DNA of 64,000 bases from contig OY762463.1 of NCBI GenBank assembly GCA_963665815.1, positions 224,001 to 288,000 of the forward strand, in the 5' to 3' direction. The notes under the pieces were generated by a model that searched no databases, had not been told where the DNA came from, and was given only the letters and a program-made list of their open reading frames with translations. Each line of letters opens with the position of its first letter. Within the stretch, counting starts at the first letter, position 1. Source of the DNA: Candidatus Cloacimonadales bacterium. Its GTDB lineage: Bacteria; Cloacimonadota; Cloacimonadia; Cloacimonadales; JAIOQZ01. The position numbers and the translations under genes are program-made. Below are positions 39,997 to 48,756 of the stretch, one piece after another.

Positions 39997-41193
39997 ATGC
40001 AATTATCAGATCGAGCCATGAATATTCAGGCATCTCCTATCAGAAAACTGATGCCGTTTGCTAACAAAGCAAAAAAGGATGGTGTACATATATATCACCT
40101 TAACATAGGGCAGCCGGATATTCATACTGCACCGGAAATGATGAGCGTTTTCAGAAACTTCGATGAAGTTATTCTGACATACGGACCATCTGACGGACTT
40201 CCAGAATATAAGACATCACTTGTTGAATACTACAAAATGAATAATATTGCTGTTAAAGAGAAGGATATCATTGTTACAACTGCCGGATCAGAAGCTATTA
40301 TTTTTGCTCTTATGGCAGTATGTAATGAAGGTGACGAAGTAATCGTTCCTGAACCGTTTTATGCGAACTATAATGGTTTTGCAACAATGGCAGGTGTTAC
40401 AATTGTTCCTTTGACAACACATGCAGAAGATGGATTTGAACTTCCTTCCAGTGAAAAGATAAAAGAGCTGATTACCGAAAGAACCAGAGCTATAATCATC
40501 TGTAATCCTGGAAACCCAACCGGAGCTGTTTATACTGAAGAACAATTACTCAGACTTGAAAAAATAGCCAAAGATTACAGTCTTTATATTATCTCTGATG
40601 AAGTTTACAGAGAGTATGTATATGATGGAATGAAGCATAAAAGTGTACTTACACTTTCGGATTTTGATGATCATGCTATTATGATAGACAGTATCTCAAA
40701 AAGATATAGTGCCTGCGGTGCAAGAATCGGTTGTATTGTCAGCAGAAATGAAAAGCTTATGAGCTGTGTTATGAGATTTGCACAAACAAGACTTTGTCCT
40801 CCTACACTTGAACAGCTTGCTGCAAATGCCGCTGCTAATCTTGGAGAAGAGTACTTCAAAGAAATTCATGCAGAATGGGATAAAAGACGTAATATTGTAT
40901 TCAACGAACTGGATAAAAACGAAGATATTATCTGTGTAAAGCCTAAAGGCGCATTCTATGTAATTGCCAAGCTTCCTATCAAGGATTCCGATCACTTTGC
41001 ACAATGGCTTCTCGAAGAATACAGACATGAAAACGAAACTGTAATGGTAGCTCCTTGTGCAGGTTTCTATGCAACTCCGGGACTTGGAAAAGATGAAATT
41101 CGTATCGCTTATGCACTTAACGAACATGACCTGAGAAAAGGAATGCATATCTTTACGAGTGCTCTCGCAGAATACAGAAAGCATTTTGAATAG
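39997..41193 (+). CDS. Class I/II PLP-dependent aminotransferase (aspartate aminotransferase-like)
   Basis: LNIGQPD, NPGNPTG, SDEVY, DSISKRYSACGARIG. Confidence 0.92.
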   Translation: MQLSDRAMNIQASPIRKLMPFANKAKKDGVHIYHLNIGQPDIHTAPEMMSVFRNFDEVILTYGPSDGLPEYKTSLVEYYKMNNIAVKEKDIIVTTAGSEAIIFALMAVCNEGDEVIVPEPFYANYNGFATMAGVTIVPLTTHAEDGFELPSSEKIKELITERTRAIIICNPGNPTGAVYTEEQLLRLEKIAKDYSLYIISDEVYREYVYDGMKHKSVLTLSDFDDHAIMIDSISKRYSACGARIGCIVSRNEKLMSCVMRFAQTRLCPPTLEQLAANAAANLGEEYFKEIHAEWDKRRNIVFNELDKNEDIICVKPKGAFYVIAKLPIKDSDHFAQWLLEEYRHENETVMVAPCAGFYATPGLGKDEIRIAYALNEHDLRKGMHIFTSALAEYRKHFE

Positions 41194-41204
41194 AACTTAG
41201 ATAT

Positions 41205-41230
41205 AAGCCCTGCTTTGCGGGGCTTTTTTT
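41205..41230 (+). terminator. Intrinsic terminator
   Basis: AAGCCCTGC-TTT-GCGGGGCTT plus T tract. Confidence 0.85.
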
Positions 41231-41241
41231 GAGGGATAACT

Positions 41242-42216
41242 ATGAATATGAGGTGGACTGCCGGCCTGTTACTGGTTGTGCTTTTGTTAGGTTGTTCGTA
41301 TAAAAATACTGACACTATATCGCTTACTCCTGTTGACTCCATTGAATACGGCGAGCAGTCTCAATTTGCATTATCATACATTATGGATATGGATATTGCA
41401 GACAACAAACTGTATATAGCTGATTTCGAGTTAATGACCTGTCACTCTTTCAACACTGATGATCTCAGCTATATATCGACCATCGGATCTTTGGGGAAAG
41501 GTCCCGGAGAGCTTCTGATGCCATGCGATATAGCGGTGATGAAAGATAGAATACTGATTGAAGAATATGGAAACAACAGGATTCAGGAATTCTATATAAG
41601 CGGAAATAGTATGTCGGTATACAGGGATTTTTCTCCAACATTAGTTACTAACAGTATGCAGGTTTATGAAGAAGAGGTTTACTTTCGGCAAAAGGTATTT
41701 AATAAAGAGGACAACTGGCTATTCCGTTATGCAAACGGAAATGCTGTGCCGGTCTCAGACCTAAGCAGTCTTTCCGATGAACTTATTGAGAAATACAAGT
41801 CCAGAGGTAGCATCCAGATTGATTACACGATAATAAAGAATACTGCTTACATGAGCTTCTCAAAGTATAATGATTTTTATAAGGTTAATCTGGATTCAGA
41901 AGATAAAGACTTGATTCCAATGCCTGATTTTGCAGTCCCTACCGGATATGTTTCCGTAACTCTCTGTAAAGCTGACGATGATTTGCTAATAATGCTCTAC
42001 AATGACAGCGGTGGGAAGATAACAACTGCAAATGGACAGGAATTCAATGATTTTGCCTGTGATACAATAATCCGCAGCACAACTGAAGGGAAATTGCTGG
42101 CAACTTATAGGATACCGCGCAGGACATACCTTTCTATGGTTTATGACCAAGGTTATCTTTTTATCTCGGAGCTTGAAGATGCTGTGGTTTATAAGTTTGG
42201 AATAGGGAGAACTTAA
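41242..42216 (+). CDS. 6-bladed beta-propeller (NHL-like) lipoprotein
   Basis: Lipobox LLLG-C; IGSLGKGPGELLMPCDIAV, NNRIQEF. Confidence 0.7.
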   Translation: MNMRWTAGLLLVVLLLGCSYKNTDTISLTPVDSIEYGEQSQFALSYIMDMDIADNKLYIADFELMTCHSFNTDDLSYISTIGSLGKGPGELLMPCDIAVMKDRILIEEYGNNRIQEFYISGNSMSVYRDFSPTLVTNSMQVYEEEVYFRQKVFNKEDNWLFRYANGNAVPVSDLSSLSDELIEKYKSRGSIQIDYTIIKNTAYMSFSKYNDFYKVNLDSEDKDLIPMPDFAVPTGYVSVTLCKADDDLLIMLYNDSGGKITTANGQEFNDFACDTIIRSTTEGKLLATYRIPRRTYLSMVYDQGYLFISELEDAVVYKFGIGRT

Positions 42217-42221
42217 TGGAA

Positions 42222-42551
42222 CTACTTCCTCCATTTACCGAAGATATTAAGGTGTCTCAGAGAGAGGGCTAATCCACGCATCACTATGAAGCCAAGGATG
42301 AAGATAAAAGCGATATACACTAATTTATCATTAAAACTGAATAGTCTTTTGAAAACGCAAATTATGTACGATAGCTGAAGAGCAACAATGAAAACAATCC
42401 CAAGGATAAAAGAAACAGAAACCAGAGTCGATAACTCAGCCTTCTTGTCTTTCATGTAGCCAATTATCATCCTGCAGGCGAGAAAACCACCACCAATGAA
42501 AATAACAGCAAATAGACGATCTCTGATCAAGTCACTCCAGAATGCACACAT
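42222..42551 (-). CDS. Small hypothetical membrane protein (3 TM)
   Basis: Three hydrophobic segments; GAGG SD and TTGACA (42625-42630, minus) upstream. Confidence 0.55.
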   Translation of the reverse strand: MCAFWSDLIRDRLFAVIFIGGGFLACRMIIGYMKDKKAELSTLVSVSFILGIVFIVALQLSYIICVFKRLFSFNDKLVYIAFIFILGFIVMRGLALSLRHLNIFGKWRK

Positions 42552-42692
42552 ACCTCAGTCCTTTTTTGAATTATAAGATTATCATAATAGCACATGATTA
42601 ATTTATAGATGGTTGGTTGTTACTTGTCAAGGGAAATGCATATAATCGTTTTTTTTCCAACAAACATTTGTTTCTAATGTATTTTTATAGTT

Positions 42693-43026
42693 AATAGTAA
42701 CTTATGTCGCAGATTTTCCCGACTTTATCGGGACTCAATCAACTTAAATAATTGATATACTATGATATAAAAGCTCCCTGACAGCCTGTGTAAAAACGCG
42801 AAATATCTTGAAATTTGCAATAATTTATGTCGCGATTTCGACCCCGCTCAATCAGCTTAACTTACTGAAAAAGTATGAGTTGTAAGCACCCTGATCGGAG
42901 TCGAAGGGTATTGGTTTTTGAGTGAATGAAGCGACGAAAATATGTTTTTACACACACTGTGAGCGGAGTCGAAGGGTATTGGTTTTAACTGATATAATCG
43001 ACAAAAATTACGTTTTTGCATAGTCT
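42693..43026. repeat. Degenerate outer copy of a REP/MITE element interrupted by the inner copy
   Basis: Collinear with 42782-42959 once the insert is removed; identical 23-bp CGGAGTCGAAGGGTATTGGTTTT at 42896 and 42964; right end GTTTTTGCATAGTCT. Confidence 0.6.
42782..42959. mobile_element. 178-bp MITE with 16-bp TIRs and a 3-bp TGA target duplication
   Basis: CAGCCTGTGTAAAAAC / GTTTTTACACACACTG (14/16); TGA at 42779-42781 and 42960-42962; internal IR TTCGACCCCGCTCA/TGATCGGAGTCGAA. Confidence 0.7.
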
Positions 43027-43113
43027 ACAAGAAGCTTAGACGCTAATCTTCCAGAAAATCCTTCCAGGGCTTCAGGACTTCTTAACGGGAATATTTTCCA
43101 TACAGAGAAAGCC

Positions 43114-43188
43114 AGCTCCGTAGGCGTGATACTGTTTTCAGTATTTAGAGCAGACTACAAGATTTATGCTCCATGAGGAGCGATCTGT
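43114..43188. repeat. Pair of REP-like GCTCC-N-GGAGC units
   Basis: AGCTCCGTAGGCGTGATACTGT and GCTCCATGAGGAGCGATCTGT. Confidence 0.35.
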
Positions 43189-43261
43189 GAATCCAAGAAG
43201 CGATTGATTACCGTCGCTGCTTTGGCATCCCAAAGAAAAATAATCCTCCCGAATTTTAACC

Positions 43262-43290
43262 TTGACAATTCCTGCGACCATCATATTTAA
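43262..43290 (+). promoter_or_regulatory. Putative pyr operon promoter
   Basis: Perfect TTGACA at 43262-43267, weak -10; lies upstream of the PyrR site. Confidence 0.45.
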
Positions 43291-43362
43291 GTATCAAATT
43301 AAGTCTAAAAATCTTATTCGGCAACAGTACAGTTACTTAGCCGAATCAATAAAAAATAACAG

Positions 43363-43393
43363 TCCTTTAAATTGTCCAGAGAGGCAAAAAGGA
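43363..43393 (+). promoter_or_regulatory. PyrR-binding RNA stem-loop (pyr leader)
   Basis: TCCTTTAA-ATTGTCCAGAGAGGCAA-AAAGGA matches the PyrR consensus CUUUAA...UCCNGNGAGGY...AAGG; pyrR is in the downstream operon. Confidence 0.85.
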
Positions 43394-43399
43394 GGTGGA

Positions 43400-43423
43400 A
43401 TGCCACAGACAAAATACTATTGA
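43400..43423 (+). CDS. Putative 7-aa leader peptide MPQTKYY
   Basis: AAGGAGGT SD (overlapping the 3' arm of the PyrR stem), then ATG CCA CAG ACA AAA TAC TAT TGA. Confidence 0.4.
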   Translation: MPQTKYY

Positions 43424-43531
43424 GTAGAAACTCTTCTTAATCCAATTATGCAATTCATTTATTTAATATCTGTTTCATAATTCGGATATACCTTGCAAAT
43501 CCCAAAATATTTCAAAAGAAAAGGAGAAAAA

Positions 43532-44470
43532 ATGCCAACTAAACATAATTTTCTGGGTCGCAGCATGTTCGATCTGGATACATATAATGCCGATGAAATC
43601 TACTCAATCATGGAAGCATCCAAAGTGATGAAATCTATCAACTTAAGAGACTACAAAAAACTGCCTACACTCAAAGGTAAAACAGTATGTACGCTCTTCT
43701 TCGAAAACTCAACAAGAACCCTGATGTCATTCGAACTTGCTGCAAACCGTCTCAGTGCAGACGTTGTCAGCTTCTCTGCAAAAACATCTTCATTGTCAAA
43801 AGGTGAATCACTTCAGGATACCATATATACACTCAACGCAATGGGTATCGACCTTTACATAATCCGCCACAGCTACCCGGGTTCACCACAACTTGTAAAC
43901 AAGTACTCCGGTAAACCAATTCTTAATGGTGGTGACGGACGTCATGCTCACCCTACTCAGGCTCTGCTGGATATCTTCTCAATCTGGGAAAAACGCGGAC
44001 CGCTCAAAGGTATGAAAGTAACAATAGTCGGCGACATTGCTCACAGCCGTGTTGTACGTTCTAACCTTATCGGAATGAAAACACTCGGTGCGGAAGTAAC
44101 CGTCTGCGGACCAAGAACACTCGTTCCGGGATTCCTCCCTGAAATTTACGGTTGTAAAGTTGAATACGATCTTAAAACTGCTCTCAAAGATGCAGATGTT
44201 GTAATGGGACTCAGAATGCAGATGGAAAGACAGGCTGACGGTCTGTTCCCAAGTCTGGAAGAATACACTAAAAACTATATCCTCTCCAAAGAATCAGTAA
44301 AATGGGCAAAAAAAGACGCTCTTATCATGCACCCGGGACCAATGAATCGCGGTATTGAGATTCTTCCGGAAATCGCAGACAGCTCTAACTCGGTTATTAT
44401 TGAACAGGTTGCAAACGGTGTTGCCGTACGTATGGCTCTGCTGTTCTTAATGCTCGGTGGAAAGTTATAA
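43532..44470 (+). CDS. pyrB: Aspartate carbamoyltransferase catalytic subunit
   Basis: FFENSTRT, HPTQALLD, HSRV, RMQMER, HPGP; AAGGAG SD before ATG 43532. Confidence 0.97.
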   Translation: MPTKHNFLGRSMFDLDTYNADEIYSIMEASKVMKSINLRDYKKLPTLKGKTVCTLFFENSTRTLMSFELAANRLSADVVSFSAKTSSLSKGESLQDTIYTLNAMGIDLYIIRHSYPGSPQLVNKYSGKPILNGGDGRHAHPTQALLDIFSIWEKRGPLKGMKVTIVGDIAHSRVVRSNLIGMKTLGAEVTVCGPRTLVPGFLPEIYGCKVEYDLKTALKDADVVMGLRMQMERQADGLFPSLEEYTKNYILSKESVKWAKKDALIMHPGPMNRGIEILPEIADSSNSVIIEQVANGVAVRMALLFLMLGGKL

Positions 44471-44484
44471 TCAGGAGGTGAAAA

Positions 44485-45753
44485 ATGACTATATTAATTA
44501 AAAACGGAAACGTATTCATAGATGGTAAATTTGTAAAAAAAGACATACTCATAGAAAATGACAAAATCAAAGCTGTAGAAGACTGCATTGAACAGGAAGC
44601 TGAAAAAGTCATCGATGCTGCCGGTAAATTTGTATCTCCGGGTTTCGTTGATCTTCATGCTCACTTGAGAGATCCGGGGCAAACCTACAAAGAAGACATT
44701 GTAACAGGAACAAAATCAGCGGCTAAAGGTGGATTCACCACAATCTGTGCTATGCCAAACACAGATCCTGTTGTAGACAATATTGCAACTGTTGAGTATA
44801 TCCGCAGAAAAGCTCACGATCTTGGTTCATGTAAAGTTGGAGTTATCGGAGCACTGACAAAGAAATCCGAAGGCAAAGAGATTGCAGAAGTTGCTACCAT
44901 GCTTGAAGGTGGAATTGTGGCTGTAAGCGATGATGGTAAATGTGTTCAGAACGCAAAACTTAAGTTCAACGCCATGAAGTATGTATCTGCTTTCAACATA
45001 CCTGTTATTACTCACCCGGAAGATTACAATCTTGCAGGAAGCGGACAGATCAACGCCGGTAAGATGTCCACAAAACTCGGACTTGGCGGAATTCCTGCTC
45101 TGGCAGAAGAAATCATGATTTCCCGCGACATTATGTTTGCTGAGAAAACAAAATGTCACCTCCACATTGCGCATATATCCACAGCAAAATCAATTCAGAT
45201 GGTTAGAGATGCAAAAAAGAATGGTGTTAATATTACTGCTGAAGTAACACCTCACCACCTGGTTCTTAACGAAGAAGCAACAGCGACATTTGACACTAAC
45301 ACCAAGATGAAACCTCCTTTAAGAACAGAGAAAGACAGACTTGCCTGCATCAAAGGTCTTATTGACGGAACAATAGATGCAATTGCAACAGATCATGCTC
45401 CTCATTCTGACTTTGAAAAAGAAAGAGAATACAACATAGCACCATTCGGTATAGTTGGCTTCGAGCATGCTTTTTCTATTCTTTATGATAGACTCGTTTC
45501 GCAAAACATAATCAGTTTTGAAACACTTATAGATAAAATGGCTGTTTCTCCTGCCAGATTCCTCAAACTTAATTCAGGCGAGATCAAAGAAGGAAAAACA
45601 GCAGATATCACAATACTTAACACAGAAGCTGAAACACTTCTCACAAAAGACAATATGCTTTCAAAATCATATAACACACCGTTTATTGATACACCTATGA
45701 AAGGTCTGGTGGAAACCACAATCTGTGATGGGAAAATAACATGGCAGGCGTAA
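44485..45753 (+). CDS. pyrC: Dihydroorotase (type I)
   Basis: DLHAHLRDPG, MPNT, EVTPHHL, KMKPPLR, ATDHAPH. Confidence 0.96.
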   Translation: MTILIKNGNVFIDGKFVKKDILIENDKIKAVEDCIEQEAEKVIDAAGKFVSPGFVDLHAHLRDPGQTYKEDIVTGTKSAAKGGFTTICAMPNTDPVVDNIATVEYIRRKAHDLGSCKVGVIGALTKKSEGKEIAEVATMLEGGIVAVSDDGKCVQNAKLKFNAMKYVSAFNIPVITHPEDYNLAGSGQINAGKMSTKLGLGGIPALAEEIMISRDIMFAEKTKCHLHIAHISTAKSIQMVRDAKKNGVNITAEVTPHHLVLNEEATATFDTNTKMKPPLRTEKDRLACIKGLIDGTIDAIATDHAPHSDFEKEREYNIAPFGIVGFEHAFSILYDRLVSQNIISFETLIDKMAVSPARFLKLNSGEIKEGKTADITILNTEAETLLTKDNMLSKSYNTPFIDTPMKGLVETTICDGKITWQA

Positions 45754-46496
45754 AGAACGTAATCTGCAAAATTACCGAAAATCAGATTCTCAATGACAGT
45801 TATTTTATTCTGACAGTCAAGAGAAGCAAAGAATTTGGAGAAATCCTACCGGGGCAGTTCTTCGAGATGAGACTTCCGGACGATGAGTATTCTCTGAAAA
45901 TACCAATCAGTGTTTATGATGCTAATCCTTTTATCATCAGATTTATGATCAAGACAATTGGTGGAGGTACTGATTACCTTTCTACACTCGAGGAAGGAAC
46001 TGAACTTGAGATTATGGGACCTCTCGGCAACTCATTCCCAATGGTAGAAGATAAGAATGTTCTGCTTATCAGTGGTGGAATTGGTTATGCACCACTTTAC
46101 TATCTTGAGAATGAACTTTCCAAAAACAACAGCGTACAGTGGATACATGGAGGTAGAAGCGAAGAAGACATCTTTGATGCTGACATGATTGCTACCGATG
46201 ACGGATCCATCGGGCACAAAGGTTTTGTAACAGACCTGATCGATGAAGCTCTTAAAGTTGGTAAACCTGATGTTATATACTGTTGCGGACCTGATATAAT
46301 GATGAAAAACTGCTACAATCTGCTTAAAGATACAGGTATTCCGTTCTATGTTTCACTCGAAGAATACATGGCGTGCGGAATAGGGGTCTGTTATGGTTGC
46401 GTTGTTAAAATCAAAGAAGGTGACGAAGCTGTGTTCAAAACTGTCTGCAAAGACGGACCGATCTTTGATGCTTCAAAGGTGGTATGGGATGATTAA
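45741..46496 (+). CDS. pyrK: Dihydroorotate dehydrogenase electron transfer subunit
   Basis: PGQF, GPLGN, GGIG, CGP, MACGIGVCYGC...CKDGP. Confidence 0.93.
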   Translation: MAGVKNVICKITENQILNDSYFILTVKRSKEFGEILPGQFFEMRLPDDEYSLKIPISVYDANPFIIRFMIKTIGGGTDYLSTLEEGTELEIMGPLGNSFPMVEDKNVLLISGGIGYAPLYYLENELSKNNSVQWIHGGRSEEDIFDADMIATDDGSIGHKGFVTDLIDEALKVGKPDVIYCCGPDIMMKNCYNLLKDTGIPFYVSLEEYMACGIGVCYGCVVKIKEGDEAVFKTVCKDGPIFDASKVVWDD

Positions 46497-47394
46497 AACA
46501 AAACTTGGTAAACTCCATCTTGATAATCCTGTAACTGTTGCCTCCGGAACATTTGGAAAGGAATTTGGTGATCTTATAGATCTGAACAGACTTGGTGCTA
46601 TTGTCACCAAGACCATTACAATGGAACCTAAAGCCGGAAATCCTACTCCAAGGCTGTATGAAACAGAAGCGGGACTGCTGAACTCAATAGGACTTCAGAA
46701 TCCGGGATTGAAAAGCTTTATGCAGGATGTACTTCCTGAGTACGAAAAAATAGATTCTCCTTTACTTGTCAGTTTTTCAGGATCAACCACAGATGAATTC
46801 TGTAAAATGGTGGAGGAAATGGAATCTTCAGATGTAATTAAGGGCTATGAAGTTAATGTATCCTGTCCTAATGTGGAAAACGAAGGAATAGCTTTCGGGA
46901 CAGATCCGGAAGTTGTAAATAAACTTACAAAAGCACTTTCAGAAAGAACAGACAAAGAACTTATAATAAAACTTACTCCAAATGTCACAAATATCATGGA
47001 AATTGCCAAAGCAGCAGAGGAAGGTGGGGCAGATAGTCTTGCACTGATTAACACACTTCTCGGTATGGCAATAGACTGGGAAACGGGTAAAACCAGAATT
47101 GCCAGAGGTATTTCCGGATATTCAGGTATTGCAATCAAACCTGTTGCCCTTCAGAATGTATACAGAGTTCATAAAGCTGTGAATATACCTATTCTCGCTA
47201 TGGGGGGAATATTCAACTGGCAGGATGCAATGGAATTTTTCTATGCCGGAGCAAGTGCAATTGCAGTAGGAACAGCGAACTTTGTTAACCCGGAAGCCAC
47301 AATATCAATAATAGACTCACTGACAAGATACTTTGACAAAAATGATATAATACTGGAAAATGTCATTGGAAAAGTATCAGGAATAAGAAGTTAA
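46489..47394 (+). CDS. pyrD: Dihydroorotate dehydrogenase 1B catalytic subunit
   Basis: ASGTFG, GNPTPRL, NSIGLQNPG, EVNVSCPN, KLTPN; likely start 46489. Confidence 0.95.
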   Translation: MIKTKLGKLHLDNPVTVASGTFGKEFGDLIDLNRLGAIVTKTITMEPKAGNPTPRLYETEAGLLNSIGLQNPGLKSFMQDVLPEYEKIDSPLLVSFSGSTTDEFCKMVEEMESSDVIKGYEVNVSCPNVENEGIAFGTDPEVVNKLTKALSERTDKELIIKLTPNVTNIMEIAKAAEEGGADSLALINTLLGMAIDWETGKTRIARGISGYSGIAIKPVALQNVYRVHKAVNIPILAMGGIFNWQDAMEFFYAGASAIAVGTANFVNPEATISIIDSLTRYFDKNDIILENVIGKVSGIRS

Positions 47395-47413
47395 CATTTA
47401 ACCGGAGATTTAC

Positions 47414-47962
47414 ATGGAAGAAAAAAAATATATAATGGATCAGGAATCAATCAACAGGGCACTTAAAAGAATGGCTCATGAACTTCTCGAACAGAACAGA
47501 AATCACGAAAATCTTTATCTGGTAGGAATCCGTTCTCGCGGCGTACCTATGGCAAACAGAATTGCTTCTTATTTAAGCCAGATTGAAAACATAGACATCC
47601 CTGTCGGTGTACTCGACATTACTTTGTACCGAGATGATCTTTCAACCATATCACACCAGCCTGTAATTAAAGGATCAGACATCGGTTTTGATATCGAAGG
47701 CAAAAATATTGTACTGGTTGATGACGTACTATATACAGGAAGAACAGTAAGAGCTGCCTTTGATGCAATTCTTGACTTTGGACGCCCACAGAAGATTCAA
47801 CTTTGTGTACTTGTAGACAGAGGTCACAGAGAGCTTCCGATTAAAGCTAATTATGTTGGAAAAAACATTCCTACATCAGCAGAAGAAATAATCAAAGTGT
47901 GTTTTGATGAAACTGATGGAGAAGATTCAGTAAGAATCATGGTCAAAAAGCAAAAGGACTAA
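47414..47962 (+). CDS. pyrR: Bifunctional pyr regulator / uracil phosphoribosyltransferase
   Basis: [29 protein letters not shown]. Confidence 0.97.
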   Translation: MEEKKYIMDQESINRALKRMAHELLEQNRNHENLYLVGIRSRGVPMANRIASYLSQIENIDIPVGVLDITLYRDDLSTISHQPVIKGSDIGFDIEGKNIVLVDDVLYTGRTVRAAFDAILDFGRPQKIQLCVLVDRGHRELPIKANYVGKNIPTSAEEIIKVCFDETDGEDSVRIMVKKQKD

Positions 47963-47967
47963 TATTT

Positions 47968-48756
47968 ATGACATTTTTCGAAAAATATAATAAATCACGT
48001 GTAAAAAATGCTTCTTATGTATGTGTCGGACTGGATTCCGATATTACTAAGCTACCTGAAGCTGTGAAGAACGAGAAAAACCCTATATTGACATTCAACA
48101 AAGCTATAATTGATGCAACTAAAGACTTTGTTGTATCCTATAAACCTAACCTTGCATTTTACCTTTCAGCAGGAAAAATGGGACTTGATGCGTTATTTGA
48201 AACTTTTGCATATATTCCATCAGATATTCCTGTGATTCTTGATGCTAAATTCGGAGACATCGGCAACACAATGTTCCAATACGGTAAATTCGCATTTGAA
48301 CAGGTAAAAGCCGATGCCCTGACAGTCAATCCGCTTATGGGAGAAGATGTTGACAAGTCCATAGAAAGCTTTGAAGGAAAAATGAAATTCCTCCTCTGTC
48401 TCACATCAAATCCGGGAGCAAAAGACTATCTTATGCCTAATGAGCTGTATACTAAAATCGCTGCTGCTATTGGTGGAAAGAAAGATCTTGGAGCTGTTGT
48501 CGGTGGAACAAACTCTGAACAGCTGGAAAAAGTAAGATCTCTCATGCCTGAAACGATATTCCTTATTCCTGGGATAGGTGCCCAGGGTGGTAATCTTGAA
48601 CTTGTATGCCAGAAAGCTGCTGCATCAAAAGATGATGCGAGATTTGTTATTAACTCTTCACGAGGAATAATCTTTGCAGATTCATCTGTAGACTTTGCAG
48701 AAACTGCAGCAAAGAAAGCGGATGAGCTTCGTAAAGCTATAAATGAAAATCTGTAG
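47968..48756 (+). CDS. pyrF: Orotidine-5'-phosphate decarboxylase
   Basis: CVGLD, YKPNLAFY, DAKFGDIGNT, TSNPG, PGIGAQGG, NSSRGII. Confidence 0.95.
   Translation: MTFFEKYNKSRVKNASYVCVGLDSDITKLPEAVKNEKNPILTFNKAIIDATKDFVVSYKPNLAFYLSAGKMGLDALFETFAYIPSDIPVILDAKFGDIGNTMFQYGKFAFEQVKADALTVNPLMGEDVDKSIESFEGKMKFLLCLTSNPGAKDYLMPNELYTKIAAAIGGKKDLGAVVGGTNSEQLEKVRSLMPETIFLIPGIGAQGGNLELVCQKAAASKDDARFVINSSRGIIFADSSVDFAETAAKKADELRKAINENL

Noticed and set aside
42690..43030. CRISPR array suggested by the 23-bp direct repeat at 42896 and 42964
   Set aside because: Only two copies, explained by the nested MITE; no cas genes
43493..43531. Extended N-termini from the ORF track (pyrB 43493; also pyrD 46393, pmbA 25451, 55780, 31290)
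   Set aside because: Downstream ATGs have SD sequences or abut the upstream stop, and match expected family lengths
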